From: Rhodococcus rhodochrous
GTDB taxonomy: Bacteria > Actinomycetota > Actinomycetes > Mycobacteriales > Mycobacteriaceae
Direction of reading: 5' to 3'
Assembly (NCBI RefSeq): GCF_014854695.1
Contig: NZ_CP027557.1
Location: 4,666,891 to 4,690,890 of the forward strand
DNA length: 24,000 nt
Shown: positions 16,401 to 23,392 of the stretch, piece after piece
How positions within the stretch are numbered: the first letter of the stretch is position 1
Layout of the letters: the number at the start of each line of letters is the position of its first letter
Notes under the pieces: generated by a model
Database searches by the model: none
Seen by the model: only the letters and a program-made list of their open reading frames with translations
What the model was told of the DNA's origin: nothing
Translations under genes and position numbers: made by a program

Positions 16401-17729
16401 GGTGATCCGCGGACGTCGTGGACCGCGGAGGAGAGCTCGCTCGAAGCAGGTGCGCCGCGGCCGTCGCTCACGCTGGAACTGCCCGAGGAACAACGCGTCA
16501 CGGGATTGGACATCAGGGCGGCGCTGGGAGCGCTGCCGGTCGCGCCGTCGCGGGTCGCGGTGAATCTCGGCAACGGACCGCAGGTGCGCGAACTCGACGG
16601 TGACGACACGACCGTCGACCTGACCCCGCACGTCACGGACCGGATCGAACTCACCGTGGTGCGCTGGCGCGACACCCTCGATCGCACCGTGCTGGGTTTC
16701 TCGAAACTCACCCCGCCCGGGCTCGCCGAGGTGTCGGTGCTCGGCGACGACGGGCCGATCGGGGCACAGGGGTCCGTCTACGACGAGACGGTGACCGTCG
16801 ACTGCGAGCGCGGACCCGTCGTGGAGATCGACGGGCGCAGCTACCGCACGTCGCTCACCGCGCGGGTCGCCGATCTCGCGGCGGGCGTGGAGGTTCCCGC
16901 GACGCTGTGCGACACCGACGTCGTCGGCACGAACCCGGGCCGGGTCGACATCGACGTCGATCCCGGTGCGGCCTTCGTCGTCTCGGGTCTACGGCTCGAC
17001 GTCCCCGGTTCCGATGCGCCCGTCGCGGAGCCGACGGAACTCGACAAGGGCCGCTGGACGGAGAACCTGCGCGAGGTGACGGTCCCGGCGGGCGACGAGG
17101 ACCGGCTCGTGGTGGTGCCCGAGAGCACCAACGTCGGCTGGGTCGCCCGCACCCCGGACGGTGCCGTGGCGACGCCGGTCGTCGTGGACGGCTGGCAGCA
17201 GGGCTGGATCGTGCCGGCCGGACCGGAGCAGACGCTGACCCTCGAGTTCGCGACCGACCGCTGGTACCGGCTCGGGATCTTCGGCGGGTTGCTGTTGCTC
17301 GTCCCGTTGTTCGCGGCGGCCGTGTGGCCGCGGCGGCGCGTCGACGATCCGGGTCCGATGCCGCGCACCTGGGGTTCGTCTGCTCTCGCGCTGACCGGTG
17401 TGCTGGTCGCGGCGACGCTCCTCGCGGGATGGGTCGGTGCCGCCGTCGCGGTCGCCGGCGCGGTGGGGGTCGGTGCGCTCGCGGTGCGCCGCGGACCCGA
17501 CCTGGCGTCGCGCGTGCTCGTGGGCACCGCGGGCGGCGCGACGATGCTCGCGATGGCGCTGCTGTCCACAGGGCCGTGGCGATCACCCGACGGATATGTC
17601 GGGCACTCGTTCCTGATTCAGTTCGCGGCGCTCGTCGGCGTGGTCGCAGTGGGCCTGGCGGCGGTGCCGCGCCGGGCCTTGTCCCAGCGGTGGAAGGCGG
17701 CCCGCGCCGGCTCCTCGACGAGGGCGTAG
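13443..17729 (+). CDS. aftD: alpha-(1->3)-arabinofuranosyltransferase AftD (GT-C membrane glycosyltransferase with carbohydrate-binding modules)
   Basis: This is a 1428-aa ORF. The N-terminal ~480 aa are polytopic membrane, with the first-loop acidic motif ADTKYDLTQNPIGFL. A large soluble region contains F5/8-type-C/CBM-like segments (DGDPTTGWHS; LTDGDPRTSWTAEE). C-terminal TM helices complete the protein. The only in-frame start candidate before the first TM helix is the TTG at 13443, so the start is uncertain. Size and neighbours match Rv0236c. Confidence 0.88.
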   Translation: MSTAAADGAGNASSSRTYRGETELPSAEPLSRRWLYAVAAVAVILSFAQVPGLVVADTKYDLTQNPIGFLTRAAHQWSSVAPLGQVQNQAYGYFFPHGSFFAAGQLLHIPPWITQRVWWVLLLVAGFWGLVRLAEALGIGSRSSRLIAATVFVLSPRVLTTLGSISSEAHPMMLAPWVLLPLVRYLNTPNPGSARRLAAQSAVAVTLMGAINAVATAAACLVAALWWAAHRPNRRWWRFTLWWLPLCVVAVTWWMVPLLLLGRVSPPFLDFIESSGVTTEWTSLAEVLRGTSSWTPFVSPERIAGAVLVTQPAAVLVTGALAAAGLAGLAMRSMPARGRFTLILVVGLVGMGVGYVGRLDSPFAEQVRLFLDTAGAPLRNVHKLEPLVRLPIVLGIAHLLRAVPLPGSVPWSRARNAFAHPERNPMVAVTTLILVAMTLATSLAWTGRLAPRGAYDEVPEHWHAAAAWLEDNTSERGERALIVPGAPFGSQMWGLTRDEPMQALASTPWAVRDAVPLVPPGAIRALDAVQRDIADGRPSDGLAATLRGQGIGFLVVRNDLDPDTSPAARPALVHRALDGSPGIERVAEFGDDIVFDNPDDFVTDADLRPAYPAVEIYRVAEPAAAPVGPYVVDVADVPVVQGGPEALLRRNTAQPEFVGPTLLAADAARAGLPVDEVTVTDTPTDRETDYGQVDHHSSTIRAADDPRRTHNAVPDYPVPDTELVRAEWEGARISVSSAASDATQLGGTSVASSPAAVVDGDPTTGWHSNGLESAIGQWLQLDLDRPIEAGLLHLTTSSGALGDPVKWLEVSTDRGSTAVRVDEPGREQTVALPLGTTSWIRITSVHTARGTVGNQFGLTEVVVEDFTDRNEPRPIDIRRRIVVPGPAEDAAVRGWQLGQEFPGRGSCVDTDDRVRCARGLATSAEEPGVFTRTLDVPQETWVRPELLLRGRPGPALEDLVDRSDRVVARGDADVVDLQGSAFALTDGDPRTSWTAEESSLEAGAPRPSLTLELPEEQRVTGLDIRAALGALPVAPSRVAVNLGNGPQVRELDGDDTTVDLTPHVTDRIELTVVRWRDTLDRTVLGFSKLTPPGLAEVSVLGDDGPIGAQGSVYDETVTVDCERGPVVEIDGRSYRTSLTARVADLAAGVEVPATLCDTDVVGTNPGRVDIDVDPGAAFVVSGLRLDVPGSDAPVAEPTELDKGRWTENLREVTVPAGDEDRLVVVPESTNVGWVARTPDGAVATPVVVDGWQQGWIVPAGPEQTLTLEFATDRWYRLGIFGGLLLLVPLFAAAVWPRRRVDDPGPMPRTWGSSALALTGVLVAATLLAGWVGAAVAVAGAVGVGALAVRRGPDLASRVLVGTAGGATMLAMALLSTGPWRSPDGYVGHSFLIQFAALVGVVAVGLAAVPRRALSQRWKAARAGSSTRA

Positions 17730-18787
17730 CTGACGGACGCGACGGCCAGGCTCAGCACGACCGTCACCGTCAGGACGAACCAGAAGTGCCCCGCGAAGGC
17801 CGGGATCCCGAAGACGGGGAAGACGATCGACAGCACCGCGAGGTGCCAGATGAACACGCCGTACGACCAGCGTCCGACGGCCAGCGCAGCCGGGCTCGCC
17901 AGGATGCGGTGCCGCCGGCGCGGCGCGAGGGTCAGCGGGGCGAGCAGTGCGAAGCTCATGATCGCGCCCAGGGCGATCTTGGCGAGATATTCGGTGGGTG
18001 CGAGGTCGGTGAGCGTCTCCGGTCCGGCAAGCGGGGTGGCCGCGGCCGCGAAGGCGCCGACGGCGATCGCTCCCATCACCGCGCGCCGCGCCGCGAGCCG
18101 GTGCACCCACGTCTCGGGTCCGGTGACGAGTTCGGCGAGGATCATGCCTGCCGCGAACCAGGGCAGGTAGCCGGGCAGCCAGTTGGTGTGATTGATGTGG
18201 TCGGGGGTGCTCACCGGAACCCACGCCCACAGCAGCGACAGTCCGCTCACGGAGAGCAGCAGTGGGACGCGGTAGCGGGCAGCGTGCCCGCGCAGCCCAC
18301 TCACCGCCAGGGCCAGCAGCGGCAGCACGAGGTAGAAGGCCACCTCCACCGACAGACTCCACATCTGGGTGAGGCCCTCGGTGAGGGTGAGTGGGACGAA
18401 CACCTGCACGAGCGCGAGATTCGACCACCACACCGTCGCGCCGCCGCCCGCACCGGGCAGCAACCACAGCACCAGGATCACGACGGTCCAGTAGGCGGGG
18501 AGGATGCGGGTCGCGCGGGAGAGGAAATAGCGGGTCGTCGAGGGGGACGGTCCGAGCCCGCGGGCCGCCGCGGCGTGCGGACGCCACAGCAGGAAACCGG
18601 ACAGGGCGAAGAACAGGGCGACGGCGAGGTCGAACCGTGCCCACACCCGGCCGATCAGCGGGTCGTGCACTGCGCCGGTCTGGAACGCGACGTGGGTGAT
18701 CAACACACCCACTGCTGCGAAACCGCGCATCCCTTCGAGTGCAGGAAGGAATCCGCTCACGCTGCGGGTCCGGTCGGTGGTGGTCAT
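17618..18787 (-). CDS. sucT: integral-membrane acyltransferase family 3 (Rv0228/SucT-like; candidate arabinan succinyltransferase)
   Basis: This is a 389-aa ORF with ATG at 18787 and ~10 predicted TM helices. The acyltransferase_3 N-terminal signature is present: LPALEGMRGFAAVGVLITHVAF, including the conserved His. Its position between aftD and the DUF3068 gene corresponds to Rv0228, which I recall as SucT. The symbol is assigned by synteny only. Confidence 0.6.
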   Translation of the reverse strand: MTTTDRTRSVSGFLPALEGMRGFAAVGVLITHVAFQTGAVHDPLIGRVWARFDLAVALFFALSGFLLWRPHAAAARGLGPSPSTTRYFLSRATRILPAYWTVVILVLWLLPGAGGGATVWWSNLALVQVFVPLTLTEGLTQMWSLSVEVAFYLVLPLLALAVSGLRGHAARYRVPLLLSVSGLSLLWAWVPVSTPDHINHTNWLPGYLPWFAAGMILAELVTGPETWVHRLAARRAVMGAIAVGAFAAAATPLAGPETLTDLAPTEYLAKIALGAIMSFALLAPLTLAPRRRHRILASPAALAVGRWSYGVFIWHLAVLSIVFPVFGIPAFAGHFWFVLTVTVVLSLAVASVSYALVEEPARAAFHRWDKARRGTAARPTATTPTSAAN

Positions 18788-19032
18788 CGGGCACCAGTGT
18801 GCCGTGTCGCGGGGCGGCGGACTGAGCAGGATCGCCCGGAACGGGACGATCCCGGCAGCGACGAAGATCGACTACCGATCCGTCCCAGCGGTGAGCGGAC
18901 GCGCATATTGCCATACCGGGCTGTTAGTGTCTGAGCTCACGTGGTGTTCGCGGGCCGGATGCCAGGCGATCCGTGCAGCCCTGCTGCTGCCGGTGGGGGT
19001 ACTCGATGACGACCGTTGAGTGAGGAGAAAGC

Positions 19033-20268
19033 ATGGCTGAGCGTTCGAGCTCCGGCCGGATACTGGCAATGATTCTGGTGGGCCTGGGGGCCTTCCTCCT
19101 GGTGATCGCGATTCTCGTGCCGACGTACACGCTCGGGAAGCTGAGGACGACACCGCTCGATCTCGAGGTGACCACGGTCGCCGAGGGCACGGGCGACATC
19201 CTCAACTCCCGTCAGCTGCTCGCCGGCAACGCTCAGGTCGATCGCGACGTGCCGATCGTCGCGCAGCGCTTCGTCACCGTCGAGGATCCTTCGGACGCCG
19301 AGATCATGACGCTTCAGTCCGGTCAGACTGTGCGACGACTCGACATGCAGGGGGACACAGGTCTGGTCTCCGCCATCGTCGACCGCGTCACGGTCGACCG
19401 GAAGACGTCCATGCCCGTCTCGGCGGAGGAGTTCCCGGATCGTGTGAGCACGGTCCAGGTCAATGCCGACCGGCCGCCGGTGGAGATCGACAACCGCGAG
19501 GGACTGCAGTACAAGTTCCCGTTCGACGTCCAGCAGGAGTCGTACCCGTACTACGACATCAACGCTCGCGACAATTTCCCCATCGACTTCGTCGGTGAGG
19601 AAGAGATCAACGGCATGAAGGTCTACCACTTCCATCAGGAGATCGGCCCGATCGACCTGTCGAAGGCCGACCGCGAGGTCCCGACCTACAAGCTCAGCCT
19701 GCCCGCCTCCACCTGGGGTGTCGGTGAGGGCGACGAGCCGATCACGATGACCCGCTGGTACAACAACACTCGCGACCTGTGGGTCGACCCGGTCACCGGC
19801 GTCGTCGTCAAGGGCCAGGAGCAGCAGGACCAGTACTACGCCCGCGAGGCCGACAAGCCCGAGGTGACCGTTCTGAACGTGACGCTCCCGTTCAACGAGG
19901 AGACGATCGAGTACCAGATCGAGCAGGCCAAGGACGGCCAGGACACCATCTCCCTGTTCGGCCGCACCCTGCCGATCATCCTCGGCATCCTCGGCGTCAT
20001 CCTGCTGATCGTCGGCTTCCTGCTCGGCCTCCGCGGCGGCGGCAACCGTCGCCCGGCCACCGCGACCGGCGGTCCCGCTCCGGCAGGCCCGGCCACGACC
20101 ACGGTCGGCCCGGCGCATTCGGCCGGCGCGCAGCGCGATCACACCGAGGACCGCACCGAGGTCATCCCGCGCCAGACCGATCCGAACGCGCAGCAGCGCG
20201 ACTGGACGACCGATCAGACGCAGGAGATCCCGCGCACCGATCTGCGGAAGCCTCCGACGCAGGAGTGA
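19033..20268 (+). CDS. DUF3068 / PorA-family membrane protein (Rv0227c-like)
   Basis: This is a 411-aa ORF with ATG at 19033 preceded by GAGGAG plus a 5-nt spacer. It has an N-terminal TM anchor (ILAMILVGLGAFLLVIAILVPTY), a ~300-aa extracytoplasmic domain and a second TM helix (LPIILGILGVILLIVGFLLGL). The tail is Pro/Thr/Gln-rich with a degenerate duplication (EVIPRQTD / QEIPRTD). Confidence 0.7.
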   Translation: MAERSSSGRILAMILVGLGAFLLVIAILVPTYTLGKLRTTPLDLEVTTVAEGTGDILNSRQLLAGNAQVDRDVPIVAQRFVTVEDPSDAEIMTLQSGQTVRRLDMQGDTGLVSAIVDRVTVDRKTSMPVSAEEFPDRVSTVQVNADRPPVEIDNREGLQYKFPFDVQQESYPYYDINARDNFPIDFVGEEEINGMKVYHFHQEIGPIDLSKADREVPTYKLSLPASTWGVGEGDEPITMTRWYNNTRDLWVDPVTGVVVKGQEQQDQYYAREADKPEVTVLNVTLPFNEETIEYQIEQAKDGQDTISLFGRTLPIILGILGVILLIVGFLLGLRGGGNRRPATATGGPAPAGPATTTVGPAHSAGAQRDHTEDRTEVIPRQTDPNAQQRDWTTDQTQEIPRTDLRKPPTQE

Positions 20269-20289
20269 TCGTCCGGTAGACGAATCGAG

Positions 20290-20319
20290 CCGCCCCTCAC
20301 CGATCCCGGTGGGGGGCGG
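20290..20319. terminator. hairpin at the convergent junction of the DUF3068 and flippase-like genes
   Basis: CCGCCCCTCACC (20290-20301) pairs with GGTGGGGGGCGG (20308-20319). This gives a 12-bp stem with one G-U pair and a 6-nt loop GATCCC. It overlaps the stop codon (20297-20299) of the minus-strand gene. Confidence 0.45.
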
Positions 20320-21598
20320 TGTCGTTCGTGGGTGACTCATCGGTGGGCGGGGTCGCCGCGTCGTCCGTGGACGACCGGGTCGCTGCAGCACCGCGCAGAG
20401 CGAGCACCGCGACCACCGCGGCCGTCGCAGCGGCCACACCGACGGCGACGGCGATGAACTGCCGCAGGGTCGACGCCACCGCGAACATCAGCACCGCCTC
20501 GAGGGCGAGTCCCGCCCACGCGACGAGCGCGAGATGCGTGCGCTCCCCGGCGATCGCCGACAGCAGCGCGCCCTGCAGGACGGCGAGACACGCGCCCTGC
20601 AACGCGAACAGCCACAGCAGCGACTGCACCGGCCCGTAGGCGTCGCCGACCAGCATCGGGACGATCGGTGCGCAGATCGCCGCGCCGGCGACGAGCACGG
20701 CGCCGATCGCGACGAGGACGGTGAGCGCCGACCGCACCGCGGCCGCCGACTGCGCGGGGTTCGCCATCCGCGGATAGAGCACCACACCGACAGCCTGCGG
20801 CAACCAGAAGGCGACCTTCGTCGCCACCGCCCCCAAGGCGTACAGACCGGCCGAATCGGGGTCGAGCAGCATGCGGGCGAGCAGCAGGTCGAGCGACGTG
20901 AGCGCGATGAGGGCCAGCTGCACCTGGGAGGCACGCAGCACCGCGCCGGCGGTCGGGACCGGTTCCGTCCTTCCACCCGACGTGCGGCCCACGAGCACGC
21001 TCGCGGCCAGCGCGACCGCACCCGTGCCGAGCGCCCCGGCGAACAGCGCGGGGCCGGGACCGCCTCCGACGGCGAGCACCGCCACGGCAGGCACCACCTT
21101 CGCGACGCCGGCGGCGGCCAGGACGGCGCTGAGCGCCGCGAACCTGCCCCTTCCCTGCAGCAGACCCTGTTCGGCGGCGAGGAGGACGAGCAGCGGCGCG
21201 GTGACGAGCGACCCGAACGCGCCCCCGACACTCGTGTCGAGCGCCCAGGCCACGACGGGCACGAGGAGCATCGCGACGACGAAGGCGAGCACGGCGCAGC
21301 GGTAACCGAGACGACGCAGCGCCGCGGCGCCGGTGCCGTGCACGGCCTCCCGGGCGACGACCGTCTGCAACGCCAGTGCCGGCACGGCGAGGACGAGCTG
21401 CGCGGCGAGCAGGCTCGCGAACTCGCCGTATCCGGCGGGACCGAGCCAGCGTCCCGCCGGCAGGTGCAACAGATAGGACGCGAGGTTCGCGGTCATCGCG
21501 CCGACCGTCACCAGTGTCATGCCGGCGACGGCGGTTCCCGTCGTCGAACCACGAATGGTCTCGGTGCCCTCCGACGCGGGTCGGGGTGTTCGCGGCAT
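20297..21598 (-). CDS. MOP-superfamily (Wzx-like) polysaccharide/oligosaccharide flippase-like membrane protein
   Basis: Only the C-terminal 433 codons of the 950-aa track ORF look like protein. ATG at 21598 is preceded by the strong SD GGGAGGA (21612..21606) with a 7-nt spacer. The product has ~12 hydrophobic helices and motifs common in polysaccharide-biosynthesis/flippase families: GPAGYGEFASLLA, LLQGRGRF and AGLYALGAVATKVAFWLPQAV. The upstream 517 codons are Arg/Gly/His/Asp-rich antisense of the neighbouring gene. Confidence 0.6.
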   Translation of the reverse strand: MPRTPRPASEGTETIRGSTTGTAVAGMTLVTVGAMTANLASYLLHLPAGRWLGPAGYGEFASLLAAQLVLAVPALALQTVVAREAVHGTGAAALRRLGYRCAVLAFVVAMLLVPVVAWALDTSVGGAFGSLVTAPLLVLLAAEQGLLQGRGRFAALSAVLAAAGVAKVVPAVAVLAVGGGPGPALFAGALGTGAVALAASVLVGRTSGGRTEPVPTAGAVLRASQVQLALIALTSLDLLLARMLLDPDSAGLYALGAVATKVAFWLPQAVGVVLYPRMANPAQSAAAVRSALTVLVAIGAVLVAGAAICAPIVPMLVGDAYGPVQSLLWLFALQGACLAVLQGALLSAIAGERTHLALVAWAGLALEAVLMFAVASTLRQFIAVAVGVAAATAAVVAVLALRGAAATRSSTDDAATPPTDESPTNDTAPHRDR

Positions 21599-21628
21599 CC
21601 GCTCATCCTCCCATCCGGAACGACACCG

Positions 21629-21640
21629 TATTCTGCCGCC
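21629..21640 (+). promoter_or_regulatory. -10 hexamer positioned for a leaderless transcript of the Rv0226c-like gene
   Basis: TATTCT (21629-21634) matches TANNNT and is followed by 6 nt (GCCGCC) and then ATG at 21641. No Shine-Dalgarno sequence is present in the 42-nt divergent gap on this strand. Confidence 0.4.
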
Positions 21641-23392
21641 ATGTCCCGCCCGGAGTCGTCCCGCATGTCCACGACGGCGGCTCTCCCGGCGGTCTGGTCC
21701 CTCGTCCTGGCGGTCGCGGTGCTCGGTCCGTTCCTCGTCTCCCCCGGCTACCTGCTCTTCCGTGACGCGGTGAGCACTCCCCGATCGTTCCTCACCGATT
21801 CCGCCCTCGGTCTGTCCGACGCCGCCGCCCGCGCGGTGCCGCAGGATGCCCTGCTGGCGTGGGTGAGCACCGTCGTCGACGGTGGTGTCGCGGTCACGGC
21901 GCTGCTCGTCGCGTCGTTGTGGGCCGCGGGATGGGGCGCAGCACGGCTGGTCGCGGTGGTGCTGCCGGCGAGTGGAACCGGCGCCCGGCTCGTCGCGGCG
22001 ACGGTCGCGATCTGGAATCCCTATGTCGCCGAGCGGCTGCTGCAGGGGCACTGGAGTCTGCTCGCCGGGTACGCCGCGCTGCCGTGGACGATCGGTGCGG
22101 CCGTCGCGATCCGGCGACGGAGACGCGGCGGGTGGGCGTCGCTCGCTGTCTGCCTGGCCGCTGCGGGGCTGACCCCGACCGGTGCCCTGCTGGCGATCGT
22201 GACGTCCTGCGCCGTCCTCGTCGCTCCGGGTGGACGGACGCGGGTGCTGCCGCGCGTGGGCGGCGCACTCGCGCTGGGTGTCGCGGTGTCGTTGCCGTGG
22301 CTGGTCGCGACGGCGCTCGCCGGTGGCGGCACCGAAGCGGACCCGGCCGGCGTACGCGCCTTCGCCGCCCGGGCCGAACCGCTGCTCGGCACGATCGGTT
22401 CGGTGGCAGGGCTCGGCGGGATCTGGAACGCCGAAGCCGTCCCCACCTCGCGCACCACGGCATGGGCGCTGATGGGCACCCTGCTGCTGCTCGCGGTGGT
22501 GGCGTGCGGGGTGCCGGCGCTGTGGCGGCGACGCAGGAATCCCGTGATCGTCGCGGTGGTGGTGCCCGCCGTCCTCACGGTGCTCGTCATCGCCCTCGCC
22601 GCGACCGGCCCGGGACTCGCCGTCGGCGAATGGGCGATGGTGAACGTGCCCGGCGCGGGACTGCTGCGCGATACCCAGAAGTGGGTCGCGTGGGCGATGC
22701 CCGCCTACGCGCTCGCCGCGGCGGCCGGCACGACCGTCCTCGCCCGGCGCTTCGCGGCGCCCGAACCGGTGTGGGCGACGGCCGCGATCGCCGCCGTGCT
22801 GGTCGCGCTGCCCGACCTGGTGTGGGGTGTGGGCGGGCAACTGCAACCCGCGCGCTATCCGGCGGGCTGGGAGAAGGTGTCGCAGATCGTCACGGCCGAC
22901 GGCGGCGACGTGGCGGTGCTGCCCGCCGGCATGTTCCGGGTCTTCGATTTCTCCGGGCCCGTGCCGGTGCTCGATCCGTCCCCGCGCATGCTGCGCGCCG
23001 ACGTCCTGCAGACCGGAACCCTGATCGTCGCCGAGGGCAGTGTCGCCGGGGAGGGTCGCCGCGCGGAAGACGTCGAAACCCTGCTGTTGTCCGGCGCGGA
23101 TCCGAGTGCGCTCGCCGCCCGTGGGGTGGGCTGGGTGCTCGTCGAGCACGGCACACCGGGCGAATCGGGCGCCGCGAAGAGCACGCTCGATGCCCTCGAA
23201 CCCGCCTATCGCGACGACGATCTGAGCCTGTACCGGGTGGAGGGGGTCACCTCGACCCCGTCACCCCATCGCGCCCTGGCGATCGGGGCGCACGTGGTGT
23301 GGCTACTGGTACTGGCCGGCGGCGCTGGCTGCGCGCTCGGGCAGCGGGTCGGCGAGCATCGACGGCTCGTCGGCGCGCGGGAACAGTCCTGA
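21641..23392 (+). CDS. conserved polytopic membrane protein (Rv0226c-like), possible GT-C-type glycosyltransferase
   Basis: Only the last 583 codons of the 952-aa track ORF look like protein, starting at ATG 21641. The product has ~10-12 TM helices, and its first predicted loop carries acidic/aromatic residues (SPGYLLFRDAVSTP...LTDSALGLSD). A ~170-aa soluble domain (YPAGWEKVSQIV...LYRVEG) and a final TM helix follow. Size and position next to a GT4 gene match what I recall for Rv0226c (~576 aa). Function is unknown. Confidence 0.6.
   Translation: MSRPESSRMSTTAALPAVWSLVLAVAVLGPFLVSPGYLLFRDAVSTPRSFLTDSALGLSDAAARAVPQDALLAWVSTVVDGGVAVTALLVASLWAAGWGAARLVAVVLPASGTGARLVAATVAIWNPYVAERLLQGHWSLLAGYAALPWTIGAAVAIRRRRRGGWASLAVCLAAAGLTPTGALLAIVTSCAVLVAPGGRTRVLPRVGGALALGVAVSLPWLVATALAGGGTEADPAGVRAFAARAEPLLGTIGSVAGLGGIWNAEAVPTSRTTAWALMGTLLLLAVVACGVPALWRRRRNPVIVAVVVPAVLTVLVIALAATGPGLAVGEWAMVNVPGAGLLRDTQKWVAWAMPAYALAAAAGTTVLARRFAAPEPVWATAAIAAVLVALPDLVWGVGGQLQPARYPAGWEKVSQIVTADGGDVAVLPAGMFRVFDFSGPVPVLDPSPRMLRADVLQTGTLIVAEGSVAGEGRRAEDVETLLLSGADPSALAARGVGWVLVEHGTPGESGAAKSTLDALEPAYRDDDLSLYRVEGVTSTPSPHRALAIGAHVVWLLVLAGGAGCALGQRVGEHRRLVGAREQS

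Noticed and set aside
14766-16631. 621-aa minus-strand ORF (and 15587..16711, 374 aa) inside aftD
   Set aside because: They are antisense to the AftD soluble domains and are Arg/Gly/Asp-rich without hydrophobic core patterns. AftD is continuous and family-typical on the plus strand.
16907-18934. 675-aa plus-strand ORF and the 443-aa minus-strand ORF (17583..18914) around the acyltransferase
   Set aside because: Both are out-of-frame or antisense shadows. Only the 17618..18787 frame gives a multi-TM acyltransferase_3-like protein.
18788-19032. Promoter elements and small palindromes (TGAGCTCA, CACGTG; TTGCCA ... TAGTGT) in the acyltransferase <> DUF3068 divergent region
   Set aside because: TTGCCA (18907-18912) and TAGTGT (18924-18929) are only 11 nt apart, which is the wrong spacing. 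The short palindromes are restriction-site-sized and not repeated elsewhere, so no element can be called with confidence.
18937-20439. 500-aa minus-strand ORF antisense to the DUF3068 gene
   Set aside because: It is an Arg/Asp/Leu/Gly-rich shadow ORF. The plus-strand gene has a strong SD, TM anchors and family-typical organisation.
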